A stretch of DNA of 38,128 bases from Ministeria vibrans ATCC 50519 (taxonomy: Eukaryota; Protista; Filasterea): NCBI GenBank assembly GCA_943704425.1, contig CALSCP010001168.1, positions 117,868 to 155,995 of the forward strand. Direction: 5' to 3'. Position numbers and translations under genes: made by a program. The notes under the pieces are model-generated. The model was not told the DNA's origin, made no database searches, and was given only the letters and a program-made list of their open reading frames with translations. The first letter of the stretch is position 1. Each line of letters opens with the position of its first letter. Positions 30,533 through 38,128 of the stretch are shown here, one piece after another.

Positions 30533-32692
30533 TCATTTTGGAGAAACGTTGCGTGGGGGCAAAGCGATTACTGCGGTTTTTCCAGGCACACGAATGGGAC
30601 CATTGTCAAAGACGGACGGAAGACGATTGGGGTCGTTGGAGGAGGTCGGAGCGGCGGAGGCGGGCGCAGAAGCGCTCACGACTTTGGGACGTACAATGGT
30701 AGGACTGCAAGTAACGCCGGGCGGGGGAGCACTACCCAGAGGCTTGTTTGTCGGAAGCAACGGGACACCGTTGACTTGACCCAAAACTGTCACCATGCCT
30801 GTGGCTGAGGAGGGCTTTGCAGGACGAGGAACTGCACTTGACGGCGATGGCTAGGTGATAGAAGACAAATTAATAGTGAGTGGTTTGAACAGGAAAGAAA
30901 AGAGTGTACCTTGGGCGACGGAGAAGGTTTGGGAGCTGGACATGAGAAAGCGAAAATGTAATTGTTGGGGCGTGAAAAAGGAAAAGAAGAGATTAATATT
31001 AGTTGCTATCAAAGAGGATGTGTACCGGAGACGTGCGCCTTGGTGGAGACAGGCTTCTTCTTTGGAGGCGCACTGTTGCCGCCATTGGTGCTACTGGTGC
31101 TGCTGGGGCGAGCGGACGCGGAGGACTTATTCTGTGCCTGTCATAGAAGAGGTAGAAAGAAGGTCAGAGGTCAAGTGATACAAAAAGAATCACATCAACT
31201 AAACACCATTGTGCATACGGTGGTGGGCTTTATGACGGTGATGGGGCGCACAGGAGCGCGTTTGAGTGTAGAGTCTGCGTCGTCGTCGGAGTCGGAACTC
31301 TGTGTCCCGAGCGACAATGTTAGTACACATACACACAAACAATGGGGGTACCATTTCCTTGCGTTTCCTCTTAAGTCCACCTTTCTTGACGACGTTGACA
31401 TTGGTCACTGGAAGAGTATTAAAGAGTAAGACAAAAGTCACCGGCATGCTTTTTTACCCTTCAATGGCGGCTTGGACACGACCTTGAGTTGCGCGGTCTT
31501 CACACCAGGTTTCTGTCGTTTGGACACGGCTACAAGAAAGGCGTTCAACAAAATACAATAAAACACCAACAGCACGCAAGCGCACCTTTGACGGGCGGAC
31601 GCGCATCTTCGGAGTCCTCCGCGTCGGAGGCGGAGTCTAGGCTCGCGTCCGATTCGCTGTCTGATTCGTCTGAGTCCTCTCCCGAAAGGAAAACAGACAC
31701 AACATCAGAGTCCATCATTCCATCAGGACGTTGCGCTTGGGTTCGCCTACGACTCGGAGGAGTCGACGCATACGCTGCTGCAGCCGCTGCTGCTGCGTCC
31801 GCATCCGAGAATTTTGAGGCGGACTTCAGCAAGGGCTTGGCGACCGAGGAGGTCGATGAAGGAGAGAGTTTTCGCGAGGCAGACAATTTGGCAGGCACGC
31901 TCGCTCTTGCTGATGTCGAGGACGACGATCCAGAGGATTTGCGGCCTGGTACTTTCGCGGTTGATATTCTGAGAGCCTCGTCATTTGTTGTGGGGCTCGA
32001 CGAGGTGGCGGGCATAGAACGGGGGGGGTGTGTTGGCTTGGAAATGACCTTAGTGGCGGTGCTCGTGGTAACAGACTGTGTCGTCGTGGGTGTGGTGCTC
32101 GAAGAGCGATGGTCAAGTGCCGGAGGGGCGCAAGCTGCTACCGTGACGCCGACGACTGAGGAGGCGATCATCTCGTCGGAAGGTAACGCATCAAAGCGCG
32201 TCCATGACGCCGATCTCGACTGTTCCAGATCACACAGTACATCGTAGGCACTCATCAAGAGTGAAATAGAGTGCTTGGCGTACACATTCAGCATGCCACC
32301 CTGCGTGCCGAGTTCGAGGCCGCGCCGGATGCCATTGCTGATTTCGCTGAGCATGCGCGCGTTGTCGGAGCTGAGTCGACCCGAATAGAACGACTTTGTA
32401 GGGTCAAGTATGTCCTGGATGTCGCTGGCACGTTTTATGACATTGGACGCTCGCTACGACAGAAAAGGGAGAAAAATCAGCGACCTGTCAAAATTGAGGA
32501 GGGAAAACGTTGATTCACTGTAAACAACACTGCAAAGGCGGGAGATGCGCCCACGGCAAACTTTACACTCATATGTACACACAGTGACGGTTGAGCGCAG
32601 CCAGATGTCGAAGGATGACAGGAAGCGTCAAAGAAGGCGCGAAACACAAAACAGGCGCACAAACGGTTGTGTCTTACGTCGCGCTCGCTCAT
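30533..32692 (-). CDS. Uncharacterised Ser/Thr/Pro-rich, probably nuclear protein; multi-exon
   Basis: Long open exon of ~31590-32455 with Ser/Thr-rich and acidic tracts. Further short exons have GT-AG boundaries and a KKGGLKRKRK basic motif. The last exon ends PPRNVSPK*. No recognisable domain; start uncertain. Confidence 0.6.
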
Positions 32693-32918
32693 TGTAGGTA
32701 AACAAAAAGTATGTGTTGTAGTCGGAATCAGTGGGACGCACTAATGAGCAAACCCTACTGAGAATATGTCTTAATAGTGAATAAATAATCAACAAAAATC
32801 AAAATAGAAAATACGCATTTACTAATCATACAGTCACCACGCGAAGACACAGCTAGACCGCCTTGCAAACTCAACCGAAACTGTAGAGGTAACATAACAT
32901 GGGAGAACAGTGGCAGCT

Positions 32919-34024
32919 TCAATTGCCTGATGACCAGGAGGGAGCCCGCTCAAAACCATTTCGACCCATTTGGTAGTCACTCATAGCCTGGTGCAATTGC
33001 TCCCGATTGTTCATGACAAAGGGCCCGTGCTGCGCAACAGGCTCGCCTAGAGGAGCCCCCGCAATGAGTACAAAGCGGCTCGACGTATCTTGGCTTGGAT
33101 TGGACGCCACAACGTGCGTCTCGTTGGACTTGCTCGAAAACACCACTGTATGGTGGGCTTCCACGGCCTTTGCTGCCGACGCATCTCCAAACACGCTCGT
33201 ACCCGTCAGCGTATAGGAAAACGCCGTCCAACCAGAAGGAATCTCTTGCGACAAAGTAGCTCCTGGGTCGAGAGTGAAGTCCATGTAATAGGCAGGCGTG
33301 CGAGTGTACACCTGAAATCCAAAGATGGAATGAAAACAACTTAAAAAGTCTTCTTTGAATACCTTGCTCTCGACACCAAAAGCTTTTCCTGCAATAATGG
33401 AGACAGACACCCCATCGCCTGACGCAGTTGCGATGTCTTCCTTCTTCAATTCTTGATACGCTGGATCCTGCGCGAGACGAATGAAATCAAACACACAAAC
33501 GCAAAACGCGCCGTCCTACCACCATCTTGTCTTTAGCCGCAAGATTCACCCAGAGCTGGAGTCCGTGCGCGTCGGCAGACGTTGGCATCTCCGAGTGGAC
33601 AATACCGCGTCCGGCCGTCATCCACTGGACGTCTCCTGGTCCAATCTCACCGCCGTGCCCGGTGAAGTCGTCGTGCCGAAACGACCCATGAAGCATGTAC
33701 GTTACAGTTTCAAAGCCACGGTGAGGGTGATCGGGAAAGCCAGCCGGTGGCCCAACGCGGAATTCTGTGGATGGCACAAGTCAAAAGTTGAAAACGCCGC
33801 AAAAGCTGTTGTACATACCATCAAGCAGAAGAAAAGGATCAAGATTTTGAAGATCCGGACGCCCAATGGACCGTCGAACACGCGCACCCATGCCTGGATG
33901 AGGGCAACAAACAAGAAGGTTGACGGTGTGCGTCGAAAGAGAGGAGAGAGAGAGGACAATGATGATGGGTGGTACCTTCTCCTTGCTCTCGAGAGAGAAC
34001 GACTTTTGCAACGCTTCGAATCAT
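32919..34024 (-). CDS. PIR: Pirin (bicupin iron-binding protein); multi-exon
   Basis: GARVRRSIG, LDPFLLLDEF, GFPDHPHRGFETVTY, QWMTAGRGIVHSEMP, GLQLWVNL, EPVAQHGPFVMN. The three His and one Glu metal ligands are present. Confidence 0.97.
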
Positions 34025-34122
34025 CTCTGGTGGTGGTAGTATGTGAACGGATGGGTTGGATACGATGAGAATAAAGAGAAGTTGGAGGGGGTTCATAAAA
34101 AATACTACTATATAAAGTGAAC

Positions 34123-34192
34123 TTGAGTCTTGAAGAGCGAAGACTCAACTCTCATGAGTCAGCTTAGTCACGACTCAAGAGTCAAGACTCAA
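34123..34192. promoter_or_regulatory. Cluster of AP-1/ARE/YRE-like motifs upstream of pirin
   Basis: TGAGTCAGC (34155-63) overlaps GCTTAGTCA (reverse complement TGACTAAGC, 34162-70). Also GA(C/G)TCAA x3 and the inverted repeat TTGAGTCTT/AAGACTCAA. Located 100-170 bp upstream of the pirin ATG. Function is inferred. Confidence 0.5.
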
Positions 34193-35006
34193 GACATTAT
34201 TTTGTACCCTACTCTGTAAGTCGCACAATGCTCCAAGCACCCACACGCAGGGTGTCGTATGTTCGCTGTTTCGTCACCGTGTTGTGATCCGTCAACCGAG
34301 ATGGCGTTTCTCAACACGCATTAGCTAGAGACGATTTGTGGGCCGATTGTGGCTCGTTTCTCGCCTTCTATGGCCGTATACTGAGGTGTTGTTTTGTATG
34401 TGCGATTGAATATGTGCGTTTGAAGACTCGGTGGTGCGGTGGAAGCCATGACTCGCAACTGCATCAGAACGAACCCAAGACATTCTCTCCTCTCGGCCTC
34501 AGTTTCCCTCTCTGTGCTATTTTTATCTGTCTCCCTGATAGCATTGCATTGTGTTGTGCAGTGTATGGCGATGTCTTGCTTGCAGCTCGCACCCAACACC
34601 GTTTTTGCTCGCGTCTTCGTTTTGCCTTTCTTTTGTGCAACGTGAACAACATAGCGTGACTGTCGTGTCAATCAACTCGATTTTTCATTTGATCGCCATC
34701 GGTTGGCGTCACTACTCCCGTATAAAATACATTAGATTCCGCTTGGCGCTTGCCGAATAAACTGCTCATGTTTCGCGAGTCGCATCTCTTTTATTATTTT
34801 GCACCAATCATTTTTCTGTACGCTTCATTCCACACTCCACAATAAACGTGAAATTGATACACTTTCGTCGAATAAAAAACGACTGTGCTACAGTGAGTAC
34901 AGTTTCGTGAGCTGAGTATTGCTCTTTCTTCTTGTTTGGCTTTCGCTTCACCTTCTCAACGATATTATGTTTTTTGCTTTGGTAGCGCACAAGGAGAAGC
35001 ACGCAC

Positions 35007-35852
35007 ATGACCATCGCAGTGACCGCCGTGTCCGGCCAGCTTGGTGCAGAGATTGCCCGCAACCTGATGAGGATTTCAAAGGGAACCACCGTCATTGGAC
35101 TCGCACGCACTCCGTCGAAGGCCAAAGGTCTTGGGATTGAAGTCCGAGACGGCGACTATGGTGAGCCGGAACAGCTACGCCGGTCGTTGGCAGGAGTAGA
35201 TACTCTTTTACTTGTGTCGGGAATGGATGCGCCCAATGCACGCATTCAACAACATCGCAACGTCATTGAGGCAGCCAAGTCTGCTGGTGTGCGCAAGATT
35301 GTCTACACTAGCATTCAAGGTGTGGAGGAAGGCACCGCCTTTTCTGCCGTTGTGCAAAGCAACCGACAGACCGAAGCCGACGTGCGTGCTAGTGGGCTTG
35401 CGTACGCTATCGGGCGCAACGGCATCTACATCGAGCCCGACGTGGAGTACATTGAGAGCTACAAGACCAAAGGCGAAATCGCCAACAGTGCGGGCGCCGG
35501 CAAATGCGGTTACACGACCCGTGCTGAGCTCGCACACGCCTATGCATGTCTCTTGACCAACGATGATTTCAATGGTCAGACCTTCAATCTCTACGGCACG
35601 CCCATCACACAGGTCCAGCTGGCCGACTACCTCAATGGTGCGTTTGGAACGACGCTCACCTACCGGGAGATGACGCCCGAAGCGTTCATCGCAGATCGTA
35701 CCGCTGAACTGGGCAGCTTCATGGGCCCAATCATTGGCGGTATCTACGAAGGCATCCGGCGAGGAATCTATGACACTCTCAGTGACTTCCAGACTGTCGC
35801 AGGACGACCCCACCAACGCTGGGAGGATTATTTCAGCTCACTTAGTGTTTAA
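35007..35852 (+). CDS. Intronless atypical SDR / NmrA-like NAD(P)H-binding oxidoreductase (QorB/YtfG, triphenylmethane-reductase-like), bacterial type
   Basis: 281-aa uninterrupted ORF with N-terminal Rossmann strand-loop IAVTAVSGQLG, GDY, GVDTLLLVSG, RIQQHRNVIEAAK.AGV.KIVYTS, TEADVRASGL..IGRNGIY. Confidence 0.9.
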   Translation: MTIAVTAVSGQLGAEIARNLMRISKGTTVIGLARTPSKAKGLGIEVRDGDYGEPEQLRRSLAGVDTLLLVSGMDAPNARIQQHRNVIEAAKSAGVRKIVYTSIQGVEEGTAFSAVVQSNRQTEADVRASGLAYAIGRNGIYIEPDVEYIESYKTKGEIANSAGAGKCGYTTRAELAHAYACLLTNDDFNGQTFNLYGTPITQVQLADYLNGAFGTTLTYREMTPEAFIADRTAELGSFMGPIIGGIYEGIRRGIYDTLSDFQTVAGRPHQRWEDYFSSLSV

Positions 35853-36146
35853 CGCCAACGCAGCGTTGATTAATAAAAAAAACCCAAGCGAAACAACACA
35901 TTTGAAAGAGGGGCGGGCTATCTTACTTACAACTTGATCACAAAAATCGAGAAACGTATCAAGAAGACCGAGTCCAACACTTGACGCTACTATTTACTAA
36001 CAGACTACTATTTACTAGCAGTCTAAAAGTCTACTCAACTACTAGTTCTTTTTTGGGTTTAGTGAGTTAACAAATCCAGATTCATTGATGGAGGAGGTCT
36101 TGAAAATGCGACAAGAGTGTGAACGTGGCATGACGTAATTATGTGC

Positions 36147-36960
36147 TCAAACGCTGCTGGCGATCGTGTCGGCAGCGATGTGATGGATTGTCAGCGCCTC
36201 AGTGGCGGTCCACTTGAGTTTGGTGGTGCTTCGCGGTGATTTGAGCGTGATGGAGGAGCCTTCGAGGATTCGCCAAAACTCTCCGAGGAGCGACCTGGCT
36301 TCAACTTGCTTGGTGCTTGGGCGTGAGGCCGGGCGTTTGGCTTTTGATTGACTCTGTTGCTTCTTCTGTTGCTGTTGCAGTTGCTCTTGCTGTTGCTGTT
36401 GATGTTGCTGTAGTGGTGGCTGTGCGTTGAGGAAACTCTTAGGCTTCTTGGGGTCTTGTTGCTTGGTATCAAGCATGGTTTTGGTGGAAGCGTGCAGCTG
36501 AAGTTGCTTGCACACCTCGTCGAGAGCTACATTTGTGTGAAATAAATGGCAAGAGCTTTCTCAATTGCCATCTCGTCCGCTAGTTCCATTGCAATGCGAC
36601 GCTGGTCGGCTTTGCGTGTGGCCGCCTCTTCTTAAATAAAGTGTTTCTGCGTCTCTTGAGACACAGCCTGGTGGATTTTGTCTTCTTGCTCCGCTACACT
36701 TCGGCCATTGTGACAATGTTCGTGGACTCAAAGGTTTCGGTAATGTAGCGCTTATAGCAGTCCGTGCACTCTTGGAAGCGAATACGGAGGATGTTGGGCC
36801 ACTCGCTGGAAGTCTGCTGGGCGGCAGTGAGCTTCTTTTGGCGAAACTCGTTGATAACCCGGAACACGGTGTGTTCGCATTCGGGTTTTGCGGCTAGAGC
36901 GGCTTTGGTTGTTTGAGCGGCAGTTTCTTCAGGGCCGTTGATGTAGGGAAGCTCAAGAGA
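36147..36960 (-). pseudogene. Decayed helical/coiled-coil ORF with frameshifts and premature stops; possible ORF1 relic of a telomere-associated element
   Basis: Protein-like text continues across successive frames: SLELPYINGPEE..RIRFQECTDCYKRYITETF..AEV*, then AEQEDKIHQAVSQETQKHFI*EEAATRKADQRRIAMELADEMAIEKAL.., then NVALDEVCKQLQ..QQQ..KAKRPASRP. Stops at 36694-96, 36632-34 and 36527-29. No start codon; the 5' end abuts CCCTAA-like repeats. Confidence 0.55.
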
Positions 36961-36971
36961 AAAAAATGGGG

Positions 36972-37379
36972 ATTAGCTAAGGTTAGAGCCAGGGTTAGGG
37001 TTCGTCCGTCGTGTTCTTGGGGTTAGTGTGTTGTTTTGGCATCTGTTCTTTGGTGTTGCTTGTAGTAGTATCCTCTTGTGTGCTTTTGTGTTTGATGTGT
37101 GTGTTGAAAATCGCGATGTATTCCGAGTGGGCCCCATAAGCTGCTTGAGTATGTGTTAAACGTCTGAATATAATCGTAAAGTTCATGTCTCGGTTCGTCC
37201 GTCGTGTTCTTAGGGTTAGGGTCAAAGTTAGGGCTAAAATTACTTTTGTGTGTGACTGTGTTGTTTTCTTAGTGTTCGTGATTGTTTGTTTTTGATATTA
37301 TGTGTGTTGTTTTGGCATTTGTTCTTTGGTGTTGCTTGTAGTATCCTCTTGTGTGTTTTTGTGTTTGATGTGTGTGTTC
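36972..37379 (+). repeat. Subtelomere-like duplicated units with short or degenerate TTAGGG patches
   Basis: GGTTCGTCCGTCGTGTTCTT at ~36999 and ~37192, each adjoining TTAGGG or a variant. A ~78-bp GT-rich unit at 37027-37105 is repeated at 37304-37378. Confidence 0.9.
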
Positions 37380-37454
37380 TTAGGGTTAGGGTTCTTAGGG
37401 TTAGGGTTAGGGTTAGGGTTCTTAGGGTTAGGGTTAGGGTTAGGGTTAGGGTTC
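37380..37454 (+). repeat. Telomeric-type array: 11 TTAGGG units in blocks of 2, 4 and 5 punctuated by TTC
   Basis: Read directly: (TTAGGG)2 TTC (TTAGGG)4 TTC (TTAGGG)5 TTC. Confidence 0.97.
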
Positions 37455-38128
37455 AGTTTTATTCATTTCTTCCTTCCCCAGCAAACTCCTGTGTGGATTG
37501 CCGGGCGTTCGGTAGTGGCAGAACCGTTCGGGAAGGACTGTTTGGACTCAAAATAGACCATTGGTTTTGATTTGCCAATCAAATCCGTCTGTTTCAGCCA
37601 TTTGCGGTGACGGAACTCGTCGCCGACGCGTCGACACGGCCATTGTGTCGATGTGGAATGGTTCTCACCAGTGAGAGTGGGACGATTCAGCCCTGACGCG
37701 TCTGGCTGACGCTGTCGGCTGTTATCTTTTTTTTTCTCGCTCTTCGTCGATCGACTGGCTCCAATCGGCGGCTCCAAGTTGTCGACGGCCAGGTCCAGTC
37801 ACTTGTGTCACATCTTGTATGGCAATTACGGGTGGTGATTTCGAGTCGATCTGCGACATTTCGGTTTACACAGTTGAGACGCTCGTTCGAATTGATAACA
37901 ACAGAGAGTTTTCTCTCTTATTTTTTATCAGTCATGAAAACGTTTGCGGTTGAGTCGATATAACTCAATTTTACTACCCGTACCGGACTATGTTTCGTGG
38001 GGTATTGACCGACTGTGTCGTGAGACAATGGTGTGTGACATGTCGTGTTGCCACCACGGTGAAATGGGCGACCGCAATTTTCTCAGCTTTCGTTTTGCCC
38101 CGACAAAACTTAAAAAGTCATCAACAAC

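Noticed and set aside
31489-32247. Long antisense ORFs (also 12647-13669, 20951-21586, 33481-34068, 35208-35816)
   Set aside because: Shadows of GC-rich coding exons on the opposite strand, with no independent domain signal.
36905-36940. CTGAAGA on the minus strand as a hammerhead ribozyme core (expected in Penelope-like elements)
   Set aside because: I could not find the stem II plus GAAA and flanking helices. It lies within the ORF relic.
37286-37570. ORFs with LGLGLG / RVRVRV repeats
   Set aside because: Translations of the TTAGGG array.

Overview
Eukaryotic genomic DNA from a compact, intron-rich genome, most likely a unicellular holozoan such as a choanoflagellate. This is inferred from PLC-gamma, a PLEKHG-like RhoGEF, short GT-AG introns loaded with microsatellites, and TTAGGG repeats. 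About 15 protein genes can be assembled by hand across exons: 5'-partial PLC-gamma, a PAP2/SGPP-like lipid phosphatase, QCR7/UQCRB (cut by an N gap at 9506-10124), TAF12, a PWWP + TFIIS-N (LEDGF-like) chromatin reader, a DH-PH RhoGEF, a Cys-rich C2H2 zinc-finger protein, thymidylate synthase, MMAB, lipoyl synthase, a C2-GRAM-myotubularin-FYVE phosphatase, cytidine deaminase, an unknown low-complexity protein, pirin, and an intronless bacterial-type NAD(P)H-binding SDR. The right end looks subtelomeric. A decayed, frameshifted ORF is capped at its 5' end by CCCTAA-type repeats, followed by duplicated ~80-bp units and TTC-punctuated TTAGGG arrays. The main leads are: a possible telomere-associated (Athena/Penelope-like) element relic next to a probable HGT gene; a PLC-gamma lacking the regulatory linker tyrosines; a 12-nt microexon encoding a candidate NLS core; overlapping ARE/YRE-like sites upstream of pirin; 7-nt-period motifs in several promoters; and a dispersed intronic motif family. 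All exon boundaries were read by eye and no database searches were run.
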